Of a stretch of DNA of 64,000 nt, positions 53,105 to 64,000 are shown one piece after another; positions within the stretch are counted from its first letter, which is position 1, and each line of letters opens with the position of its first letter. Position numbers and translations under genes: made by a program. A model generated the notes under the pieces. That model had not been told where the DNA came from, did not search any database, and saw only the letters and a program-made list of their open reading frames with translations. The DNA comes from Rhodosorus marinus CCMP1338 (lineage: Eukaryota; Plantae; Rhodophyta), in assembly GCA_029953675.1 (NCBI GenBank), contig JAMWBK010000001.1, positions 3,162,001 through 3,226,000 on the forward strand, in the 5' to 3' direction.

Positions 53105-54905
53105 TCACGAGCTTGCAGAGGCTTCGGAAAACTTGGCGTTTCGCTCGTTCAGCAGCCGTACGATTCCGTTCACGTGCAGCAATCCACAGACACCAATTAT
53201 CTGATTTCCGTCCGGCAGTGACAACTTGAGTCAGTAAATAAAGGACTCTGTGAGACGGAAAAGCTCTCGGGGAATGCCTACCGCTGTTAGCTCTTCTCTC
53301 TTATCTACAACCGAAGCGTCGTCGAGTATTTTTTCCAGCGATTCGTACAGATACACGTCTCGTTCGTGGATGACGACCTGATGAAAAACCAAACACCAGT
53401 ACATGCGAGCTCAAAAGCTCAGAACTTTGAACCATAAACGGAACTTGAGCAGTAATGCTTCCCTCCCGCTCCCCTCTCACTCAACCCTACCTTCAGAAAG
53501 GATGCAATGGCTGATATCACGAGGCCCAGCAGTGTGTAATAAAACGCGTCTTCTATTGTCGACGTGCTCAAGATCTCGACGTTTTCTATCATCAGGGCAT
53601 GAACGGGAAACAGGGCGTCCCCCACGAATCCCATCCCTTGCACGGCAACAAAGGAGAGAAGTGTAGTCGGGAAGGTCAATACGAACATCTCCCTCATCCT
53701 TTGCAAGGGTAAAACAAAACACCACACAACAAAGCACGAGGGAAATCATAGTTGACGTCAGAACTTGTCGCCTTGGTGGTGTTAGGCCTATCTAGTTCTT
53801 GACAGAAAGCGGTGATCTCCTTAAATCGTCTTTTCGACGCAGAAAGAGGACTGAGCAGAATGCAATCGATTCTTGATCTTTCAACCACGACAGCCAAGAT
53901 AGGGACTACCCATAAAACCATATTGAGGAGATCGTATGGTATTCCGTTACCTCTCAACGTCCAAGAAGGTGGAGACGAGATTGACACCATTCCTGGGCGG
54001 CAGGTCCGGTAGCAGCAGCTTCAGAGTTTGAAGAGGAGAAGTGAAAACTTGCAGAGGGTTGAGTGCTTTAGAGAGCCGTTGTATGGTATCATTCGCCTAA
54101 GAGAACAAACACATTCGTCTTGATTGGTCCACACAGTTTATACGCGTACGTACAGCAACGGGTCCCGCGGACTTACAGGTCTATCCCCGAGGACAAGCTT
54201 TGCACCTAATCGTTTCGCTTCATCAGCAGCGCACACAAATTCCAAGCCCGGTTCAAATCCAGACAGCTTCTGAAGGTTTGATATCCCTACTAGAACCGAC
54301 CCAACCAGAGCTGGGCCACTACCGCCAAACCTTGCAGGAGCCCGGAGTAGCGAGAACAGGTTGAAGCTCTCTTTGCGCAATTTGCTTGACCCTGTACAAA
54401 CGAAAAAGTTCACGATAATGATTCTTTCGAGGATTAGGACCGGCCTCGAGAGAGCTCTCGAACTTGTGCATAGTCTCGGTGGGGAACGCCATCCTACTCT
54501 TGTCCTTTTTGAGCTTCGAAATCACTCGCCATCTATCCTCGCACAGCTCGATCATTACAGCTCGAATTGGGCTTGTCACGCTTGCCGCAACTGTCTCTAC
54601 ATCCCGCACTGAGCTCCTAAACCCATGAATGCATCCTTTCCGAAAAAGTAGTGAATCGACAATTCTGTCAGGCCCAATACAACTCAGCTGGAGAGCCAAA
54701 ATTCCTATCCGATAATCTTACCAACGACGTAAACATCCACCCCACTCTTCTCATCCCTCACCACGGAAACCGATCCCAGCCTCCGCAGCTTGTCATCAGG
54801 TGGTGGATCGACTCGCACAGTACAGTGCCTAACCAATCTATTCCTCCGGCTCACGCCAGGCCTGACACCATATGGCGCAACCCCAATCCCATGGAAAGCT
54901 AGCAT
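53105..54905 (-). CDS. TraB/PrgY-domain (TRABD-like) protein, about 7 exons
   Basis: VYVV/GCIH...DVE...AVMIELCEDR; FEPGLEF..A..EAK..GAKLVLGDRP; VIHERDVYL; IIGVCGLLHVNGI. Exon boundaries are partly inferred. Confidence 0.82.
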
Positions 54906-55906
54906 TTCCCTACCACTGGCCTACCCCTCCCCCAAAACAGGAGGAAGGCCCTGACTCCAATAACAACCTATTCCCTTCGCTCCCCAAACTCAATTGTACT
55001 CTTACCCTCAAATCGAATCTTAAAAAGTTCCCAAAAAGTAAAAGGTAACACCCCGAAACCACCAGCCCCCCGACTCCCAGGCTCTCCAAACCTTGTCCCC
55101 CCTTTCCTCCCTTCTCTCCAAAATTCCCTTCGCTACCCATCCACCTTCCCAACGTATTTGAGTTCACCCTAGAGAAGCTCGCACTGCTGAAATGCAGCCA
55201 CATTTACGTCACGTTCCGTTTCTTCTTCTCGATCCGAATTAGGATCTCAAATGCGTCGATTCCCATGTGAAAAGGCATGCTTTGAAAAGCAAATGACGTG
55301 TTTGGCAGGCAGATAAAAGCCTTCTAAAGGCCATGGAAGGAAGATAGTAAATGGATAGATCACGCTCTTGTTCTATGAAGCTTCCTCTTCTGTCGAGATG
55401 TGGCGAGAGCACCCTAGTGAGGCTAGTTCAATGTCCGCAGTCCCCCTCAACTTGGATATCGCTTCTCCCGCGATCTTCACGTTGATTGGTGTGGATGGGT
55501 TTCAGGGTTGGTGGGCTGTGCGGGCTTCCTAGGGTGTGGGTTACTCGTTACCGCATTTTCCGAGGGACCACCTGACCTCTTTTGATATGTCTACAGTAGC
55601 AAGCCACCGCCTCGTTTGCCTCCATCGGCCTCAAAGAGTTGACAAACATATCCGAATTCACTAGCTGGGAAGACCGGAAGGGTTCACCCATCACCATGTC
55701 ACGCAGATTTTCCCCAGCTCCCAAGCACGTGAAATTTCAAAGATCGTTTTGTTCTCGGCCTAGTCTCTAACTTTGCGACAATGAAACTTAGGACGATAGC
55801 CGTCTGTTTATGTACAAGCACGGACTGGCTGGGGAACAGAATAGACGGAATCGGGCTTCCAACAGTAGAAGCCGGGCTCGTCTCCTAGATGATCAAAATT
55901 ACCTCA

Positions 55907-58900
55907 TCACTCGTTGCCCTCGTCTGTGGCCTCTCCTTCCGTCTCGGATTCAGTGTAATCGGCGTTCCCGTCAGTGTCCGCTTCCGCTTCCGCCTCCTCC
56001 CCATCTGCAACCTCGTCGACTCCTGCCTCTTCGACAGGTTCTGGTTCTGGTTCTGGTTTGGGCTCAACATAGTCCGAATCCATAACCTCCTCAAGGTCCT
56101 TGAGATGTTCTGCTCCCATCGCACTTGCAGCCATCTGTCTAGTGTTCTCATCGTGGGAGCGATAGCAAAGAACCATGGAGTACACGCCTTCACACCTCGA
56201 GACAATATTCGGACTTGACCTACATAGAAACGTAGAGAACGACGCTTGAGCAAGGAGTACTCGGGAATACAAAGCATGAAGGGATTTTCTGGCAAAACCC
56301 AGAGGGTTCTATTCCAGGCGTGCACGAGAAGCACCCACCGTTGCATAACCTCGTCGAGTTTCTGCCTACACAGGTCTCCCAAGGATCCTCTGCTTGTCAA
56401 GGCAAACATAGCAATCCTAGCCCATAGAGCTCCCAACGCCTTGGGACTGGATTCTGGTTTCGGGTCGTTCAATCGGTCGATGGCAGCTGTTATCAACTTA
56501 TCATTCTGCAGCAGCTGGTAAACTATGTTAGGGTCTGCACCGGCAATGGCGCGTTGAACTCCTGCAAGACATCCACAGCAAAGCGGTTCAGGAATTTGTC
56601 GGTTGGTCGCTCCGCTGGGAATAGAGGTTCTTGAATACTATCAGTACCGTCGAAGATCCGGTCGAGGCATTTCGTTTCCCGTGGGCCTCCAGCCGAGGCC
56701 TCATATCCCTGCCACGCAATGCCTAGTGAAAGTTGTGCCGATGCGAGGTCTCCAGTCTTCGTAAACTTCCTCACAGACGCGATTGCTTTCACCGTAACCA
56801 GTTCATCTAGGTCACGCCCGACCTCTGTAAAGAACACAATAAAACCAAATTGCAACGCACGTAATGAGACAGTTAGCTCTGGCTCCTTTTTTCCCGCTGA
56901 CGCGAATCGTTAATGCGGCGCTGCTTACCGGCACACAGCCCGAGACTGGTGGACACCAGCGAGATCAGCTCTTCCCCAAGCTCCGCCTTAACCGGGTTTG
57001 TACTCTCCAGCAAGCCAAAGACGGCGTAGAGAGCTGCATACGCGTATCTGGCCAAAGGGGTGGTGGAGTAGTCTACAAAATAGTAGATCGGACATTGACG
57101 GTGCGACGTTGAGCACACTCGTATCGCTCATGAGATCATGACAATGCTTTCTTTTTCAAGCATACCGTTGGAGCTCACTTCGAGCTTTGCAGACAACCAT
57201 TTCGCAGCCTGCTTGATCGCCTCCGGTGCGCTTTTAGCCCTCCTCAGTATCGAAACGCAGTTCACGAAGTCTTTGTGAGGTGGCAGGTCCGGCAGCTTCA
57301 GCGATGGCTGCTCCCCACCCACCAATCCGCGCAAACTGTTTGCGGACGACTCATCGTGAAGGGCTACCGCTTGAAGCACCTCTTCTAGAAGTGGGGCCGG
57401 TATTTTCCTTGCAATACGTTTCAGAGAAAAACCGAGGGCCGAAACGCACTGGTTGTACATACGTTTCTGGATGAAGACAGGGACAAGAGCTGGTTTTCTT
57501 AGTCTGCTTTTTCCAAACAGATGTTTGTCATGTGGCGGGGGTCCGTACCTCTTCCTCGGTTTTCTTCGAGCGCGAGAGGCAGACACGTAGCCAAAAAACG
57601 GTCGTTGCCGTAAGTATCACCGTAGGATTTTGCGATCGGGACAAATGCACGCCAGGTGCGTTTGAATTAAACCACTCCACAGATTGCAGCAAAGTATCAG
57701 CGATGTCGAATTCCAGAGACTTGTGCGAGTATATCAGCAGAGACGAGAAGAGCAAGGCTGGCGCGTATTCATTAAACAGCTCCTCCGTAGAGGTTTCAAA
57801 AGCAGTTGAAGCAATTGCGGATCCAAACGGTTTCAGCTCCCTCCCCTTATCAACTGCAATCGTCGCAAAGTCTCCACAAACGCCAGCAAAGATTCCTGAC
57901 AGGACATGCACTCAATTCAGCACCCTCGAAAACGCACATCGAACGTCCGGCACCACGAAGTACAGGGCAACTTACTGAACAATACTCCAACTCTGGATCG
58001 GATTTTTTTGACGAACTGGTCCTTTCCTGATACTGTGGCTAACCAAACAGTATCCGCGAGAGCCTTCACAGCTCCAAACGATGCTGCAGTGCTGAAATGC
58101 TCGGCAATGTTGTCATACTGGAAGCCCAAGTGAAATCCGGCCAAGTCCTTGCTGAAAACCGACCTCACCAGTCCATCTTCGAAGAGCTCAGTCCCGGAGG
58201 TTGTTGTGAGGATTGAGCCAGTTGCGGATATTGCCGTTGTCAGAACGTCCGGGTGCAGTGATGACCTGAGGAGCCCTGCAATATTACAAGAAGACAAACA
58301 CCGCAAAAATGATAAGATTATGGTTGAGAGCTTTTCCTGATTATTCCACAGGGTTGAACAGCGGCACGAAGGGTCTTGGATCACATTCCGCACGCAACGG
58401 CAAGAATGAGAGCTTACTCCGTAGTACGCGGCTGAGCCTTCCAGAAGGGAATTCATCTACAAAGGAAATCCGGTTAATACCGAGCTTAACAATCTTATCC
58501 AGAATCTGTAGTCCCTGTGTAATAGTGACAATGTTTCTGTTTTCGCCGGAAATCGCGTCCATGGAAAAGTACAATAGATCCTTGAGAGAGGAGTACACGT
58601 TTCGGTGACTCGCAGGGGTTTTCTTTTTCCCCTTCACTAGCTGAGCAGGGTCCTTCGGGAATGAAAAAAGGGAACACAAAGGGGGATCAGTGACCACCGG
58701 TAGCAGAGCTAGATGCTTGTTCTTAACAAACTATGGTATGGAGTTACCTTCTCTGCCGCATCCAACGCAACTCGAGCAATGTAGACAGCCATCCCCCTCG
58801 TGAGAGTTTTCGCATCCCACTCTTCACCGTACAAGTTCTTCCCTGCGTCCTCCATCAACTTGCCAATAACCACCTTGATCCCATACCGTGAGATGTTCGA

Positions 58901-61900
58901 CTCCCATCGCTGGTTGATCTCAATATCTTGCATCCGCGGACCGCCGTTGGAGATGTTCTTGGTTATGTTGAGCCAAAACCCGAATCGTCGCGGAGCATCG
59001 ACACGAGCCAGTGCAAGAAGAATAGGAACCGCCGTCATGCAACCATTGTCAAAGGCAACAAAAAGCATCTCTGGAAGATCTTGAAATGCGCCTATTGTTC
59101 TCTCTGCTCCGACCGCATGTAGCAAAGAGACGAGGGCAGATGTGGCAGCCTCGCGAACCATGTTGTACTTTGCCTCCGGCGGGCATATGAGTGACTCGTA
59201 TATTGCCCAGCCGATCTTTTTAGCTGACGACGCCGAGGACCACAAGTCGGACAGGTGCAGGGGTCTACCTTGTCGAAGAGCTTCTTGATATTTCTGCTTC
59301 CAAATGGCGCTGAGCAAACTCAAGCCCGTTGCCCTCGTGACCGCAGACGGTAGGAGATCCCAGGATACGAGCTCCAGAGCAATCTCCTCCGCGACTGTGA
59401 GAACGCTCGGGTGCGCTTGCAGCGCCTGAGCACTGAACGAGTTCACTATTCCCTCGGCCCCGAACCCAAACGCTGCCACGTCCCCGCAGTTCTCGATAAC
59501 AGCCCTCGTATCCGCCAGATGAGATTCAGGCACGTACAGATTGGAAGAGAAGTCCCAGTCGCGTTCTCCTTTCTCGTTCGCCATCGCGGTAGCCATGGCG
59601 TTCATTAGGGTGTTCGCCCGCTTAGCAATGTACTTGGACGTGCATGCGGGACCCACAGACAGAGCTGCTGAAACACTGGTTCTATCATCTTTTCCAGTCA
59701 AAGCATCCTCAATCACAAAAACTGCCTTCTCCGCCAGCTCAGCATCCACCTGAACAGCACCTTGAAGTAGCTTGCCCATGAGGTACACACTTGCAACAGA
59801 ATATTCCGGGTACTTCTCATGAAGGCTGTAAGCGTTCTGGAGGAGGCCCGTTAGAAACGAGTCCCCACAGCGCTTTCCAAGCTCATGATAGGCTTCCGCA
59901 ATTACCGCAAACGCCGACGTGTTCAGAATCGAGAGTCTGTCATTGTCCCGATCGTAGATATCCGCTGGGTGTATGGAGAATGCTGCTGACGTTGTGAGAG
60001 CAGTCTTCTGCAGAAGCGCCTGCAAATGCGCCAGAAGATTTCCGTGCCTTGCAAGGGTTGCCTTGTCCAATTGAGAAGTCATCGACCGGCAAACGTAGGA
60101 CGAGAACGTTGTTGAGAAACTGGAAGGGTTGGACGCAACGGTTTCTACAACCGCAACACCGTAGCGAGAATCCACACTCGCTAAAGACGCAATCGCGTTC
60201 GAGGCAACCATCAACGTTTCTGCGCTGATGGTAATCGTCTCTGGAGTGTTGAATGCGTCCACGTGAAGCAATGGAAGAAGTTGGTCGTAGAGGGGCTTCT
60301 GCAGTAGGTCATCCCGTAGCTTGGCCGTCCCTATGTCGCTAACCTGGTACTGCATACCAAACGCGACGTTGACAGCCAGGTGAAAGCAAGCGTCCCCGGC
60401 CCGTCCGGTTGGCGGATGGACCGCAATTGCCCGAAGGAGCCACCAGACCTCTAAACTCCATATATACTTTTCCACATACTTTGCAATGTCATTGGAAAGA
60501 CGTTCTGCCGCGTAGCTGGCGGCAAGGCCAAGGATTAGCCTCTTCTCTGCGTCTGAAATATGAGGCCTGCAAGAAAACACGAAAACCAAAGTAAACATTT
60601 AGATTAGTTACCCAATACCTGAAGGCCTTGGTTGGAAGAACAAGGCGCACATTTTCTTCGCCAAAATTTGGTACAGTGCGGATGTCGCCGCTGCTCGGGC
60701 AGTACTGCGGTGGTCGGTTACAGACGCTACAGTCGAGGAAACATGGCCGACCTTCACAATGCCGGTTCTGGAGGTGGTATAGCCGGTGAAACCAGGATCC
60801 TTTGTAACCATTTCAAATCGTCTCTGAATTCGCAGCAAGTCGAAACTATCTTCGAAAATGTCAAATGTTTCCTCTTCATAGACCTTATCCCTTCTCCCCG
60901 AGCGACTCGATCCGCGGCTGAAAAAGTTCGACATACGGCTGCTACGCCTGCTAGATCGGGAGCTGGTGCTACTGCGACCGCTACTGCGCCTAGATCCTGA
61001 GGAACTTCTGCTAGAGCTTCTTCCAAGAGATGATGTCGCTCTTCCAGAGGAGCGGCCGGAAACCGATTTCGAGGCCGAACGACGCCCGAGCGAGAACTTT
61101 GAAGAACGAGAGGATCGAGAGCTCTCCACATTTGTCTGCGAAATCATTCCATCTTCGGACGTCTTCTTCGGTACCTTCTTTGGCAGGCTCATCGTATCCA
61201 AGTTCTTTGCTAGCCTCGTGTTGGCAGCTGCATCCGCCGACCGCGAAAACGTCCGCGCGTCATCGTTTTCACCGCCAATGCCCACTCCGGTCACTTCGCC
61301 AGCGTCCTTCCGGTACTTTCTGATCTCCTCTTTCGCAGCGAGATCCCCATATTCTAATCTCCAAAGGGCAATCAAGGTACCGACACGAGCCGGGGAGAAG
61401 AACTGGGGAACATCAAATCTGAGCAAAGCCGCAAGGAGTGACCATCCGCACCGGCGACAAACGTTCTGGATCATCTCCCCGTGCTTGTCTTTCGAGGTAC
61501 TCAAACCGGTGATCAACGAGAATCCGATCTCACCAAGCCTCTCAACGACATCAAAAGGGAGGCCAAGCGACCCGTTCGCTCCGTCGATCAGGCCTACCAA
61601 AGCCGTGGTACAGCCAAGGACCGTGTATAGTCCCGTTGGCGCTCCGGATTCTCCTAACAAGCGTTCAACACGGAGTTAGCGGATCATCGTAAAACCCGTT
61701 CAACACGGAGTTAGGAGATCATCGTAAAACCCTGCTCAACTGGGCTTTCGAGATTGTCTCATACCTAGAGATGCTTCAGTTGCAATTTCAATCACAGCTA
61801 CACGAAGGCGTTCAACGGCTTTGGTGACAACCACTTCCCTCTTCATCGGTACGGCTGCACCCACAAGCGAGAGAAACTATACAGCATAGCACAGAGACAT

Positions 61901-64000
61901 AAATGCGACAAGGGGGCAGGTTGAGCCTGTGCTGTCTAGTCCATAAGAAAAAGTGTTGAAAGCACGTACCTCTGCACCGGCAGCTCTGCTGTACATTGAC
62001 CTTGTACCAACTATACCCAATGCCAACGATACGAGCCTGTCAAGAACGCGTCCAACTCGGAGAACATCGCTGGAGACCTCTCGAATGCATGCAGCCGCTA
62101 CCAGGAGGGACACACCATCACTCACATCCGAGCCCATGTGATCATCCCTCGTAAGCAAGGCGTGAATAGCTTCCAGAACTTGCAAGAGAACAGTAGACGG
62201 CACTGCGCGAGTGAGACCAAGAACAAACCCATCCGCTACTGCCGGCAGAATGCCGCCGAGCTCCTCGCTCTTCTCGACAATCACTTCCAATGCTTGAGGA
62301 AAAATAATATCACCAAACTCTTTGGTTCTCCAGGCCTGTATGCTTGCCGCGACTGCCCAGGTCACGCCTTCAACGTTCTTGTACAGTTTCGCCCGCACAA
62401 GCTTGAGACCATGAAGGAGAGCGATTCACAGCAATTAGCAAAATGACCTTCAAGGATTTTCATCGTATAGATGAAGGTCTCAGTCTGCTTACCAGATCGA
62501 TTGTACCCACGAACGAATCAAAATTAACTGCCGGTGCGTTTCCAAGTTCGACATTATTGTGTTCTACTGCGTGCACAGTACTGTCCGCTCTGCTCTGCTC
62601 TGACCTCCGAAACAGTTTTGATTGGGTTCGGACAGATCCTTCACCTCGTAAGCTTCTCCGAGACATCGATCCACGCAGCTCCTTCTTTCCAATCCCTTTC
62701 CCGGACAGTATCTTCCTTTGGCGCTGGCTATTCCTGTTTCGGCGGAACAGGCTCCCTGCCGAGGCTGCTGAAGCATCCGAAGTACGGGAGTCCCGAGTGG
62801 ACTCCGTTCTCGCTGAGCCACGAGCGGAATCCGGGACAGAGTCCCTGGATACATCTCCGGTTTCATCCGAGATAAACGACTCCGCCATCAAGGACGAATC
62901 TCCAATGGGTACCGAGCGCTCCGAGTCCCTCATCGCGTCATGATCCTGGCAACCAACAAACCTGGATGAGACCTCGGACGCAGAACCTCCAATGCTACAA
63001 GATGGCAACAAACTTCAAGAAGCATCAATCAACTACAACGGCTGAATCTCAACAATCGCTTACCACAGAGGCATCTAGCGTAGTATCTTTCTGGTCGTTC
63101 TCTCCGATTTCCGCCTCCTCATCGGCCGGTGGTCCTCCGTTTTCCCCAACTCCAGGAGGCATGTCATCTGTTTCGTTAATCTCTTTCATTTCGTCGTCCA
63201 GGTTAATCACGATCTAGACGAGGCGGAGACCATATACACATCGCTCTGATGAGATGCCGGTGTCAGTCAGGCAGAAACACACAAGCAGTCACCTACCGTC
63301 TCATAGTTGTATATCCCGTCGTCCTCATCCTCAAAAATAGTCCTGTTTTGATTTGCGTTCTTCATCTTGTCCACAGCAGAGGCGCGTGAGAGGTAATGCT
63401 CCCATACCGTCTGCGCCTTGGCCTGTCCAATACGAGCCACTGCAAGTCCATAGAGCTTCTGCTCATTTGGCTCAGAACTGTCAGCAAGGTACTCAACGCA
63501 TGCCGTTCGAAATGAGGCTGCGTAGGGGCTCGGTCTGTTCAATGGCACAATTCACGAAGTTCAGCAAAAGTCAAAGCCATCACCTGCAAGGCGAGGGTTG
63601 CTCCGTACTTGATCAACGGGGCGAAGACAGCAGCTAGGAACGCGACTCCGCTTGAGCAGTCCTCAGTCTTGTTGACGATCACCTCGATCGCCTTTTCGAT
63701 GGTCTCCTCGTCTGCAATACCAGCCAAGTGAGATCGTACCAATTCTGCAGCGCAGAAGCAGCTCTCGTTCTTCAGCGTTTCCCAATTGGATTTTCTCAAT
63801 AGTAGTCGGACAGATTTGCCAATCTTTTCATCCTTAACACGGCACCTGAGGGGACACGGCGCAAACCCTTTGTGTTCAGTCGTTCAACCGAGATGACCTA
63901 GTCAAACGTGGCAGATGAATGCCGCCGACTGTCGAGCTTTGAAGCAAATGGTGGATCAGCAGCGTACCTCAAAAGTAAGGCTGTAAACATTGCCATCGAG
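55907..64000 (-). CDS. HEATR5: Large HEAT-repeat protein, HEATR5/SWEETIE/Laa1-like (5' end outside the window)
   Basis: Chain of minus-strand exon ORFs (63539-63799, 63267-63548, 62460-63011, 61877-62398, 60608-61660, 58709-60598, 58341-58697, 57917-58456, 57528-57911, 57128-57586, 56523-56855, 55885-56496, 55907-56272). All are helical HEAT-like, and CGWSLLAALL...LIALW recalls HEATR5 AGWLLL..L...LLLW. The acidic C-terminal tail stops at 55907. The family call is by recall only. Confidence 0.65.
61662..61731. repeat. 35-bp tandem duplication inside an intron
   Basis: CGTTCAACACGGAGTTAGCGGATCATCGTAAAACC followed by CGTTCAACACGGAGTTAGGAGATCATCGTAAAACC (2 differences). Confidence 0.95.

Noticed and set aside
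54392-54413. Possible 22-nt micro-intron (GTGAAC...GTACAG) in the TraB gene
   Set aside because: A better donor (GTAGGA) about 105 nt upstream gives the same phase with a normal intron size and a CCTAAT branch site.
60632-62943. Long ORFs antisense or off-frame to the HEAT gene (60966..61679, 62443..62943)
   Set aside because: They are shadows of the low-complexity Ser/Arg coding inserts.

Overview
Eukaryotic nuclear DNA with compact genes and short GT-AG introns (about 60-120 nt), most likely from a red alga. That assignment is an inference from several plastid-type genes whose transit peptides begin with an early Phe (MAFV, MGFV, MVGF, MFGF). The window opens with the 3' half of a dead Ty3/Gypsy chromovirus-like retrotransposon and its 227-bp 3' LTR. 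About 17 protein genes follow: a DEG/ENaC-like two-TM channel, a C2H2 factor, an HD-domain protein, QPRT, SYS1, RPH1, TMEM69/DUF3429, a SPRY fusion protein, NDK, an ApaH-like phosphatase, an FAD oxidoreductase, an EF-hand/TKL kinase, DUF3326, fibrillin, importin-alpha, riboflavin synthase and a TraB-domain protein. A large HEATR5/SWEETIE-like gene runs off the right end. One complete 18S-5.8S-28S unit (39.4-45.1 kb) sits between protein genes. Best leads: (1) the DEG/ENaC-like channel with a non-canonical filter; (2) a myristoylated calcineurin-B-like sensor fused to a TKL kinase; (3) an apparently solitary rDNA unit with a TCAGGGTG motif placed once upstream of the predicted Pol I start and repeatedly after 28S; (4) a SPRY plus chagasin-like fusion; (5) an importin-alpha whose major NLS site has decayed. 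All family calls come from motif recognition by eye, and no database search was run.
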